From NCBI GenBank assembly GCA_977017575.1, contig CDRNVI010000009.1:620001-684000 (forward strand): a stretch of 64,000 nucleotides of DNA, written 5' to 3'. Both the position numbers and the translations under genes were made by a program. The notes beneath the pieces were generated by a model that saw nothing but the letters and a program-made list of their open reading frames with translations, did not search any database and was not told where the DNA came from. Shown here in pieces: positions 28,170-37,978 of this stretch. The first letter of the stretch is position 1; every line of letters begins with the position of its first letter. This stretch comes from Paramoeba atlantica (lineage: Eukaryota; Protista; Discosea).

Positions 28170-30719
28170 ATGTTGAGCACTGAATCTTGTCGGCCCGCAA
28201 CAGCAGATGAAACTAATGCATTTTATTTACACGGCTGGACACTTTTTGAAGAGTTGAATCACGACCGTTCTGCACTAGAGTCTACTACGTGGCAGAATGC
28301 TGCTGGAGATGCCACAGCCGTTTCAACGACACTTCGAGGGGAAGAAAACAAGATTGCGCTAGCGAGTAACAAACTTGAGAGTACAATTAAGGGATTGCAC
28401 CAAAGTGCGAAATACCGAGGGCTAGTTAATACCGATCTCGTACCGCTATTGAAAATGAAAATGATGAACCAAGGAAATCAAACTGCTGTGTTGTCAGTCA
28501 GCGTTGGGGAGAAGGAATTGCAATCTGTGAAGAACGTTCTTCAAGGCTGGGATTTATTCGATGTCTTGCGCTGGCTAGTCTCACCAAGTCATGCATCTCG
28601 GAGTACTCTATGTGACAATCCTTTAGCAATGTGGCTTATCGTTGACTGGCATCGTCGCTGCTACCCCACTGAGGAAGTTTTTGAATCTGAGCAGAACTGG
28701 AACAGCCATTTGGCTAAATTTATTTGTTCTGCACTTCATGGCGAAGCAGAGCAGTGTCGAGCCTTACTGGGCTATCTGGAAAAGGATATCAGTGAATTAT
28801 TAGGTGAGGAGTCTACGAGTTTGGATGCTTTTACCACTTTTCTGCGCATTGGAGAGCATCTATCGATATCCCCTATTCGTTCTATGAGCGCAACGTTTCC
28901 TGATGGGATTCCGAAAACAGATCCCTTGCAACCCGATTCTTTAAAAAAGGCTGATCTCTATTGTTCTCATATAGAGGATCTGATTTTGTGGCAAAATAAA
29001 GGAAAAAATATGCACAGCGATCTGATGTCATTGGAGGCTTCCTTGCATGACGACGAATTTATTGCCGGCAGCAGCAACAAGGAAAACAGAGAGCAGTTTG
29101 CGCAGTGTTTCTCCGCACTTTTTAAAGTTCTGGAAGCGGTATCCGGAGATTCCAATGCAATGATTACGGTAATAAATGAAATGTCGTTGGACGTGTACTG
29201 GTGGCTCTGCGGCTATCTTCTCTACATCAACGGGACCAAAAGAGACCTAACACCCCGTAGTGTGCACAAGGCACTGACTACAATGCGCCCCCAATTACAA
29301 TGCGGATGCGATACCGAGGATACCTCCCTACACCGACTGTTGGATGTGGTTCTGAGTCAGGGGTGTGAATCTTCTCTCTCTGCCGCTAACGTGCAACTCC
29401 TGTTTGATGCACTTCAAACTTATGTTAAGGAAGATAAGACTGGAATAGAACCCGAACCGATGACCCAACCGAAGGAGGCTTCGGAGAATTTACCACCCAA
29501 TCTTCCCTCGTGGTACTTTTGGATTCGAGCACACTGGATCAACGCACTTATCGACCCTGTTGCTCCAAAGACCTGTGAGCGGTCTCGTCTGCACGATATT
29601 GCTATTACCGAGTTTGCTCATAGTATTCCCTCTGCCTCCTGTGGGGTAGCATTTGATTATCTTTCTTTGGCTCCTACGATTGACTGCCGCAAAGAACTCA
29701 CAGCACGGGTTGATAATTGGAGTTTGGAAACCACAAGAAACAGTTGCGTGATGGATTCTATTCGAAACGCCGAACTCTTTGTTCAACGACTGCATTATGG
29801 CTGGAAATCCACCAGCGAACGACAACTTGCCGTGCGTCAACGCTATCGAAAGTTCCTAGGGGAGCGCCACGAGAAGTGGGAGGCGGTGGTACGGATTGGC
29901 GACCTCACTGTGGATGTCTTATCCGACCGTATACCCCGTGCAGCGGTCGAAGCACTTTTGCAGGGGTCGATCGATCCATTTTCGTTGGTTACTGTAGAGG
30001 AATATGTTGTTTCGCTGGCACGCACAACGTATACGTGTGAAGCACGTACATTAGCGGACAAGAAAATTCTTGGTATCCTTCACGTACTAAACGCTGCTTT
30101 CTCGAAAGGATCACCGTTGAACGAAGCTGAGGACAGTGTCCATGACAAGAATTGGGACATACGAGTGGGAGGCTATCGGCGCCTGTCCGAAACGTGCAAG
30201 CATCTACCAAAATCAGTCATTACCTATCTCAGCAATGTATTACCCAATCAAGCAGGCACCCATTTGGAAAACATTGGCCGGGCAGTGAGTTTATTCCTTA
30301 TTCCAAAAGTATCATTCGATGGCATGCATTTGTCGGTACGAACAATCCTTCAGTACTGCCAGAACCTATACACAATTCGCATGCTGCTAAGACAAAGATC
30401 GAGTGTTGCGCCATTGGGGAATGAAGAAAGTAGCGCCGCAAATCAGCCCGACACTTCAGAAGAAGCTGCTTCGGGGGATGTATCCCATAATAATCTATCT
30501 GGGATGTTGGTTGAAAGCGTACAGCAACTTCTATTCAGCTCTTGCTTGTGCAGTAGGATAGCTCAGACACTTATCCGTGAACTCATTTCCTGTGCATCTT
30601 ACAGTGACACAAAGGAAGCTGCAGAACTGCATCGTTTGCTCAAAAGAAAAGTATTTTCTCTTCAATCTCAAGGGATTCTCGTTGAAGAGAGTTTACTTGA
30701 AGTTTTGAAACATTTTTGA
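28170..30719 (+). CDS. Nup85-like nucleoporin (alpha-solenoid)
   Basis: SWYFWIRAHWINAL...ITEFAHSI...VAFDYLSLAP resembles Nup85 NWWFVAHLTDLL...LLEYAS.L...GVDYFDYCP. Confidence 0.5.
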   Translation: MLSTESCRPATADETNAFYLHGWTLFEELNHDRSALESTTWQNAAGDATAVSTTLRGEENKIALASNKLESTIKGLHQSAKYRGLVNTDLVPLLKMKMMNQGNQTAVLSVSVGEKELQSVKNVLQGWDLFDVLRWLVSPSHASRSTLCDNPLAMWLIVDWHRRCYPTEEVFESEQNWNSHLAKFICSALHGEAEQCRALLGYLEKDISELLGEESTSLDAFTTFLRIGEHLSISPIRSMSATFPDGIPKTDPLQPDSLKKADLYCSHIEDLILWQNKGKNMHSDLMSLEASLHDDEFIAGSSNKENREQFAQCFSALFKVLEAVSGDSNAMITVINEMSLDVYWWLCGYLLYINGTKRDLTPRSVHKALTTMRPQLQCGCDTEDTSLHRLLDVVLSQGCESSLSAANVQLLFDALQTYVKEDKTGIEPEPMTQPKEASENLPPNLPSWYFWIRAHWINALIDPVAPKTCERSRLHDIAITEFAHSIPSASCGVAFDYLSLAPTIDCRKELTARVDNWSLETTRNSCVMDSIRNAELFVQRLHYGWKSTSERQLAVRQRYRKFLGERHEKWEAVVRIGDLTVDVLSDRIPRAAVEALLQGSIDPFSLVTVEEYVVSLARTTYTCEARTLADKKILGILHVLNAAFSKGSPLNEAEDSVHDKNWDIRVGGYRRLSETCKHLPKSVITYLSNVLPNQAGTHLENIGRAVSLFLIPKVSFDGMHLSVRTILQYCQNLYTIRMLLRQRSSVAPLGNEESSAANQPDTSEEAASGDVSHNNLSGMLVESVQQLLFSSCLCSRIAQTLIRELISCASYSDTKEAAELHRLLKRKVFSLQSQGILVEESLLEVLKHF

Positions 30720-30925
30720 GGTTTTGCTCATTGAATAATTAACATGCGCTCGATAATGCATATCGAGTGAGAAAGAAGTCACTATACGTAAGTTGGGGGG
30801 ATCACAATAAGTATTTTAAAGCATAGACTCTGTTATGCTCTTCATGCGGCGTTCCTAGGATTATCATCACTTCCATTTATCGCCCTGTCCTTATTTCTAT
30901 TCGTGTACAATTTCTAAAATAATTC

Positions 30926-31546
30926 ATGAGCAGGTGTTTAAACTTTGTAAAAGGCGCAGACGCAGTGGTCAAGTCTACCGTTCTGGGAAAGGCTCGCCGT
31001 TTCACTCTCCCACAAGAGTTGGTAATGGAAAAATTTATCCAAGGAATACAAAATCCAGACGATTCGTGGAAGGTTGATAAGCCCGTCTCTACATGGAAGG
31101 GTGTAAATTGCGAAGAGCATGGAGAGATCACGTCAATTAGTTGGCCTGGTGAAGCGTTAAAAGGCACCGTCTCTTTCCAGGATCTTCCCCAAACCTTACT
31201 CGAGCTGAATCTTGCGGACCGCGTGTTTCATTGTGGGGAACTTGAAAATTTCTTTGAGGGAGAGGTACCTTTTGACAAGTTGCCACCCGGGCTCATCAAG
31301 TTTGACCTCGGCAACAACCTCTTTTCTGGGAGTGTAAACTTGGTTCATCTTCCTGAGTCTTTGGAAGACTTGCGTCTAAATCACAATAAATTTAGTGGAC
31401 TTGTTGAATTCCACTCTCTTCCACCTGCTCTCTCTGTGCTTTATTTGGAATGGAACATAGGCTTATACGGGCTTATAAATAAAAGGGTTTTGCCTGTATC
31501 ATTACAAAGGTACGATATCGGGAACACTGGGATTATTGCTGCGTAG
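30926..31546 (+). CDS. Leucine-rich repeat protein (lineage-expanded family)
   Basis: N-cap WKGVNC..GEITSISW, then LP..L..L.L..N.FSG.V repeats. Confidence 0.85.
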   Translation: MSRCLNFVKGADAVVKSTVLGKARRFTLPQELVMEKFIQGIQNPDDSWKVDKPVSTWKGVNCEEHGEITSISWPGEALKGTVSFQDLPQTLLELNLADRVFHCGELENFFEGEVPFDKLPPGLIKFDLGNNLFSGSVNLVHLPESLEDLRLNHNKFSGLVEFHSLPPALSVLYLEWNIGLYGLINKRVLPVSLQRYDIGNTGIIAA

Positions 31547-31774
31547 GGTGGCTTCTCTCAAGAAAATTGCAGGATCATGCCTATTTATATACAGGTATTT
31601 TAGCTTTAATTATCTTGTGCATAAAACATGTACATGTGCCGAGCGTACATGTTTCCGATAAAACATGTATTGTCCGAGTAAGCGAGTACGGTGCTCTAGT
31701 ACTCTACTCAAACGATAAAGATACCGTTTCTTTAAAAAGGTACCTTCTTCAAATGTTGGACACAACCCCGTAAT

Positions 31775-31825
31775 GGGGAAGTAAGTTCGGAACCTCTTCC
31801 TGGTCCTAACAACATTCATAAAAAA
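31775..31825 (+). ncRNA. Decayed copy of the HDV-like ribozyme / element 5' end
   Basis: GGGGAAGTAAGTTCGGAACCTCTTCCTGGTCCTAACAACATTCATAA aligns with 8048-8135 but lacks L3/P3' and P4. Confidence 0.55.
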
Positions 31826-32222
31826 GCTATTTTCGTGTGTCGGATGACGATGCTAGTTGTAAATTACATTCTTGCATTGTAAGCCACCCTTTCCTCTGTG
31901 CAACTGCTATAAACAAAGTGAAAAATTGATTATACCAAAAAAATGTTAAAATGTCACTTTACGGGAAAACTGAAAGTTACCCTCCCTCGCAAACGAGTAC
32001 AATGGGGTTGTCATGGCAAAAAATATTTTTCCTGAAAAGAACTCTTCCTAGAAACGCCGAATAACCACTTTTTATACAGTTTCAAGCATTTTTTCGAGGT
32101 GCATAATACAGGGCAAAACAGGGTGAACGGGGGTGTACTGTACTCGCCGTACTCAGAGTAAGCGAATACGTAGTCGCTTAATAAACAGAAAATGTAGAAA
32201 ATAGGGATGATATACACTAAAC

Positions 32223-32838
32223 AGCGGCGCGGATACGCTATATGATTGCCCCCGTTTCGAGCCCTATAGTGCAATGCATATGCGGGGAAACGTTAGCAAA
32301 CGCACAGTACGTTGTTCATGCACTAGACTGTCATAAAGTCAAAGAGGCCACCGCTGCCACTCGTCACAAGATGGTGAAGGAGGTCTTCACTCGAATATTA
32401 AAGAAATATGGGTTCTGCCCTGACTTACATGAGCCCCGATTCTCTGACGGAAAGGGTCCGGACGTTTGTTTCGCGATGGGCAGTAAGCTATGCGTTGTAG
32501 ACGTCACAATCTGCAATCCGCTGGCTCCCTCCTACGTGGAAGCGGAACTAAAAACTCCCGGAAAAACACTTGAAAGCACTGAGGCAAAAAAAGGGGAAGT
32601 GCACGGGGACATGGCGGCGAGCCGAAATGTAAGCTTTTTCCCTTTGGCGTTCACGGTGTTCGGAGTCGCGGGGAAAGAGACAATGCTGTTTCTTAAAAGA
32701 ATTGCCCGCACAACGTCAGACCGGTACGGTTTCGTGAGGCACGTGGTGATGGCGATAGGAATCGCCATCCAAAAGGGCAATTCCGCCATTCTTACGTCGG
32801 CGGTCCAGCATTGGAGGGCAGCCGGCATTAGGGCTTAA
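32223..32838 (+). mobile_element. 5'-truncated CRE-like retrotransposon (second subfamily): zinc knuckle plus RLE domain
   Basis: TAARIRYMIAP..QCICG...VVHALDC...TRHK...EPRFSDGKGPDVC...DVTICNPLAPSY...QKGNSAIL is colinear with the C-terminus of 8262-9785. Confidence 0.88.
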
Positions 32839-33179
32839 AGACCTTTACTTTTATTTAAATTAAATCTTTTTAGAAATTCTTAAAAATGACATCAAAATCA
32901 GTCCACCAAAACGTTACACGAAAATACTGTTACGTAGTCTCTAATGCGCAACTTTTAACCATGCGATTGTTTTAAATACACTATACTTTAGACATTACTT
33001 TTCTAAATCTGCATATTCCCGCTATTGTTTGCTTTTTAGAATGTCTTTTTAGAATTTTCCCGGCTAGGACTAGTCGTCTTTGCGCTATTATAGTAATTAA
33101 ATGCAGACTTCGAATGCAATGAAAAAACACACTCCTTATGTTTTTATGAACACTAGTGAAAAAGATTTTAATTGCCTTT

Positions 33180-33953
33180 ATGAACATGTCCGATCAAGCT
33201 GCTCCTCAAGCTGAGCCTTCCTACGGGGAACAAGAGATGAGTATGGACAATCAACAGGGTTCAGGACCCACATCCCCCATGTACAATGCCGGTGTTGAGC
33301 AGAATGTGCAGCAAAACGGCACTATCTCTAACGTGTCCGCTTACGTCGGCAATCTCCACCCTACTACTACGAAAGAAGACCTTGAGTCACACTTTGCAAG
33401 CTGTGGTGCAATCAAGCGCGTTGCCGTTCCGGTTCATCCCACGGGTCAAATCAAAGGCTGTGCGTACGTTGAGTTTGAAGAGCCCGATGGCCTGCAGCGT
33501 GCGATTCAGCTACACAACACGACAGTGAAGGGCAATACCATTGATGTCTTTGCGAAGCGTGACACCGTGCGTGACTACCGAGGACGTGGTCGAGGCTTTG
33601 GCCGTGGCCGTGGCTATGGCATGTATGGTACCCCGTACAACCGTGGGGGAATGATGCCCTACGGACGTGGCATGTCTCCCTATGGCAACCCCGGCTATGG
33701 GGGATACGGCAACGCCTACGGAGGCTACGGGTACAATGCCGCGTACGGCCGTGGTGGCTCCATGGGTGGAGCCTATGGCACAGCGTACGGCGGCTACCAG
33801 CAGCCCTCGGTGTACAACCCGTATGGGGCTAACGCCGCGAGTGCGAGTGCCGGTATGGGGACCACTGCCGCGTATGGCAACGTGGGCGGAGCCCCGTCCG
33901 CCTATGGACGCGGTGGAGGTGCAGTAGCCGGGCGTGGAGGGTATGGATACTAA
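33180..33953 (+). CDS. RRM plus Gly/Tyr/Arg-rich protein, nuclear poly(A)-binding protein (PABPN1/PABP2)-like, copy 1
   Basis: AYVGNL...LESHFASCGAIKRV...KGCAYVEF..KR..V; RGRGRG tail. Confidence 0.75.
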   Translation: MNMSDQAAPQAEPSYGEQEMSMDNQQGSGPTSPMYNAGVEQNVQQNGTISNVSAYVGNLHPTTTKEDLESHFASCGAIKRVAVPVHPTGQIKGCAYVEFEEPDGLQRAIQLHNTTVKGNTIDVFAKRDTVRDYRGRGRGFGRGRGYGMYGTPYNRGGMMPYGRGMSPYGNPGYGGYGNAYGGYGYNAAYGRGGSMGGAYGTAYGGYQQPSVYNPYGANAASASAGMGTTAAYGNVGGAPSAYGRGGGAVAGRGGYGY

Positions 33954-34343
33954 ATATTCGCAGAAAAAAGAAAGAATGAAAAAGAATACAAGTAACATAA
34001 GCAAGTAAAAGATATTGTGAGTTTTCGTCAGAATCAAAGAGAACTCATTGATGTGTAGGAAGAATGAAAGAACTTTGAAAATTCATTTTATTGATTGTGC
34101 TTTTTTCTATGGGTCGCGGAAAAACATTGATAAAGAACTTATTTACTTGAATATTGAACTTACAAGACAAGATTATTGTATTTATGGTAGCGCTTATACT
34201 TAAACAAGACTTATACACGTATTGTGCATTTTGTAGGTGAGTTGTGTATTTTACAATTGGACGAATAAAACATGACGTAATTACTCTGAATTGAAAATAG
34301 AGTTTTATGATATTTTAAACGACAAAAATCTATCCAAATTAAT

Positions 34344-35093
34344 ATGCAGGAAGCAAGTACCGTATCTAACTACTACAACCAGCAAGAGCAGAGCGCATCC
34401 CCGACTTATGCCGACGAAAGCCAACAGCAAGCTTCTGCCAATGATCAGGCACAGAATGGAACTATCTCCAACGTATCGGCCTATGTGGGTAATCTCCACC
34501 CTACTACTACGAAAGAAGACCTTGAGTCACACTTTGCAAGCTGTGGTGCAATCAAGCGCGTTGCCGTTCCCGTTTTATCTACCGGAGAGATCAAAGGCTG
34601 TGCGTACGTTGAGTTTGAAGAGCCCGATGGCTTGCAGCGTGCGATTCAGCTACACAACACGACAGTGAAGGGCAACACCGTTGATGTCTTTGCGAAGCGT
34701 GACACCGTGCGTGACTACCGAGGACGTGGTCGAGGCTTTGGCCGTGGCCGTGGCTATGGCATGTATGGTACCCCGTACAACCGTGGGGGAATGATGCCCT
34801 ACGGACGTGGCATGTCTCCCTATGGCAACCCCGGCTATGGGGGATACGGCAACGCCTACGGTGGCTACGGGTACAATGCCGCGTACGGCCGTGGTGGCTC
34901 CATGGGTGGAGCCTATGGCACAGCGTACGGTGGCTACCAGCAGCCCTCGGTGTACAACCCGTATGGGGCTAACGCCGCGAGTGCGGGTGCCGGTATGGGG
35001 ACCACTGCCGCGTATGGCAATGTGGGCGGAGCCCCGTCCGCCTATGGACGCGGTGGAGGTGCAGTAGCCGGGCGTGGAGGGTATGGATACTAA
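34344..35093 (+). CDS. PABPN1-like RRM protein, tandem copy 2
   Basis: Near-identical to 33180-33953 from the RRM onward; different N-terminus. Confidence 0.75.
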   Translation: MQEASTVSNYYNQQEQSASPTYADESQQQASANDQAQNGTISNVSAYVGNLHPTTTKEDLESHFASCGAIKRVAVPVLSTGEIKGCAYVEFEEPDGLQRAIQLHNTTVKGNTVDVFAKRDTVRDYRGRGRGFGRGRGYGMYGTPYNRGGMMPYGRGMSPYGNPGYGGYGNAYGGYGYNAAYGRGGSMGGAYGTAYGGYQQPSVYNPYGANAASAGAGMGTTAAYGNVGGAPSAYGRGGGAVAGRGGYGY

Positions 35094-35586
35094 GTTTCAT
35101 TTCAATTAAGATTGTTAATGTTTTCCTTATCAATGTAGGGCGCATATAGTTTGTTGTAATAAAAATGTTAAACAAAATATAGGGTGATTTATGCTCAGTT
35201 GTTAGTATAAAAATTGGGTCAGTTGATTAGAGGTCTACAAACAAGGGTATGATTTTGTTCGTGAATTATCGAAAATTTGTTCGTTGTGAGTAATAATTAT
35301 TTCAATGAAGTTGAAATTTCTATTTTGATAATTTCTTTTTGTTTTCCTTTGATGTTACATTTTAGAAACTAGACCCTTTCTGAGAATTCTGTCTTGCCGA
35401 TGAAAATGGTTTTTTAACTACGAATTAGGTTAACTTGATTTAGTATTCTTTTGTTATCTAATCCGAACACATATAGCGCAATAAAGAGCGGCGTCAATGC
35501 CTGCATATTGGTGTACATGAACTGTTACGATGACGCCAAATAAAAGAATTCTGGAGGTGGACGTCTTAGACTGCCCTTAGATTGGC

Positions 35587-36501
35587 ATGTGCGACCTACA
35601 ATTAGAACGCAAACGCTTTGAATCAGCTAACGCACGGCGGGATCAAACCCGCGTCCCGTATCGAAGAGCCCTTCAAAGAAATTATAGAATTCGCGAAGTA
35701 TATGAAACAATTGCTATGCGTGCATACGGCCTCTTCGAACTAATGGCTCTATTCTTAGCCTTATTATTGATTCGTAAGTGCCGCCACAACATATCCGTCC
35801 ATAAAAAGAATCACATGACTTCGGAGGTTCGCAAGAAACTATCTATGGAATTATTCAGGGAACGTGTGTTGCGACGAAGAGAAATTTATCTGCTGGTTTT
35901 TCCAGTGCTATGCTGCAGTATCGTCGCCTTTTGTATGTATGCTGTATGGTCAGGGATGCTTTACTCCGGCTATTCCCATGCAGTAGACTACCTAAAGTAT
36001 TGTTTTCAAAATAATTTTTTGCTCAAGATCCCCTTTGCTTCACAACTCATTCGAGCGTACCAAATTTTGGTTGACCGTTTGATGTCATATGCTCGCCAAC
36101 TTTTTCAAATATCTTTACTATGGGTCGGCTTGATTGATCATGGAGTTCCGATTCGCGACACAGCGTCAGTAACTCAAAACATTTTTCGACTCCCCACTGA
36201 TGCATTTAAATTGTCTTATTTAATTCCACAGATCTTTGGCTTGCGAACGAGCCTTGCTGGTACATTTTACTCGATTCTGCGGCCATGGATACATATTTTC
36301 ATGCTGCTGACGGCTAGTGTACTTTTCGCCATCTGGTTGCCCGTGCTAGAGCTGCGTCTACGTCGTATGGAGCGCTATACAAGGATGAAGCATTTTATCG
36401 ACCTTTTTGAAAGCATAGCACCCGACGAATCTAACCTATTACAATCCACTCCCAAACCACTCATCGAAGACGTCCGCTCTTCTAAGGAAATGAAACATTG
36501 A
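35587..36501 (+). CDS. Hypothetical multi-pass membrane protein (304 aa)
   Basis: Several hydrophobic segments (LFELMALFLALLLI, IYLLVFPVLCCSIVAFCMYAVW, IHIFMLLTASVLFAIWLPVL). Confidence 0.55.
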   Translation: MCDLQLERKRFESANARRDQTRVPYRRALQRNYRIREVYETIAMRAYGLFELMALFLALLLIRKCRHNISVHKKNHMTSEVRKKLSMELFRERVLRRREIYLLVFPVLCCSIVAFCMYAVWSGMLYSGYSHAVDYLKYCFQNNFLLKIPFASQLIRAYQILVDRLMSYARQLFQISLLWVGLIDHGVPIRDTASVTQNIFRLPTDAFKLSYLIPQIFGLRTSLAGTFYSILRPWIHIFMLLTASVLFAIWLPVLELRLRRMERYTRMKHFIDLFESIAPDESNLLQSTPKPLIEDVRSSKEMKH

Positions 36502-36711
36502 ATAATAAGCCGGTAATCTAAGAGTAAACCTTATCATGAAACGTTGCGCATAGGATATGATGTGCACGCGAAAGTGTAAGGCTTTTAGGGAAATACTAAG
36601 ACTCTTAACAAACTTGCTACAAAAATGTTAACAAACTACAAAATGGTGGAAGATACTCTGGGGACTATACTCTGGGTAATATACGGTAATGTGCAGCGTC
36701 CCTTACCCCCA

Positions 36712-37621
36712 CCCCTACAGGTCTTGTATTTTGTCCGATTTTGGAGATATTTGGTATACCACCGTTTTTTACCCCAATCGTTCCGAATCCGCGGTCCTTT
36801 TCACTCGAGCGACCTCCTACCCCCATAGCCAGGTAGGGGTCAAAAAAGCTAAATACATCTTTTTTGGGGGTAAGTCTCCTAATTTCTCGGATAAAGATCA
36901 GTACTAAGAGGGTTGAAACCTGTTAAGTTTTGCCGGGTTTCGCCAGGTTTTGCCAGGGTTTGCCAGGACACCTATTTTTTGGGGCGTCATTTTGGGAGAC
37001 GTGTCACGGCTTCAAGAAGGGATATCTTGTGAAAACAACGACGTAGAAAACTAGTATAGGTCTCAAACTCTCAAACTACTATAGGTGAACGATTTTGGAA
37101 AACTATTTTTTAGGCCCTGTTTTTCGCCAAGTTGACTTTTTTCAAATTTCATTTCATAAAAAACCGAACTTGGTGGCCCCGCCCTGTTGATACCATGGGG
37201 AGTCGTCCCCGAGTACTGGGGTGGAAAATGTGCGCCAAGACCTCGGCTACCCTGTCTGGGGCTTTATTTCGAACGACATTTTTTTCAAAATTTTCGTTTT
37301 TTGTGGCGCGAAAATGTTTTGCAGCGCACGATGGAGACCAACTATGTTCTTAACTATTTTTGACAAAGTGCTTTTCTTCGTCACTTCAATGAGGAATATG
37401 CGTTTTTTGCCTTTCATAGGTTCAACCCTGTGAATTACGTCAGAAGACATGGAAAAAGAGTGCGAAGTAAACCTTTGGCCGTGACCAAAAGTAAACAATT
37501 ACGATAGTTCCGGAAGATATTCTGAAACGTTTCCGGTTGAGTGAAAAGGACCTCGGATTCGAAAAGCACTCCCATACAAAATATTTCCAAAATCGGACAA
37601 AATACAAGACCTATAGGGGGG
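36712..37621. mobile_element. Non-autonomous element with ~100-bp imperfect TIRs, hosting a Harbinger MITE
   Basis: CCCCTACAGGTCTTGTATTTTGTCCGATTTTGG and CGAATCCGCGGTCCTTTTCACTC on the left match the reverse complement of 37537-37621. Confidence 0.7.
36908..37430 (+). mobile_element. Non-autonomous derivative (MITE) of the 2718-7374 Harbinger family
   Basis: TAA|GAGGGTTGAAACCTG start, ~270 bp colinear with 2718-2970, end TTGCCTTTCATAGGTTCAACCCTG|TGA similar to 7350-7377. Confidence 0.8.
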
Positions 37622-37978
37622 ATGCGCCAAAAGACGCTGAACACTGTTGTACAACGCTAAAATTGTACAGCGATTAAATTCCTTTATTGCGGTGGTTGTA
37701 TAACTACTGCTCTACCCTCGATTATCACAAAAAAAAGTGAACAAAAACAGTGAAAGTCTAGATTAATTAAAAAGCAATTGCTAACTAAATACATATTTTG
37801 TTTTTGAAACGGACATTGTTCTTTGCATGTCATTGTTATAAAGTGCTTCACTGGTACTGCAGACATTTTCTAAAAACCTTTATCCAAAAAAAAGCGCATC
37901 CCTTATTTTTCCCTCCATGTCCTAACCCCTCCCCTCCCCAAATCCAATCCAACCCAATTCCATCCTCTCCCACCCCTC

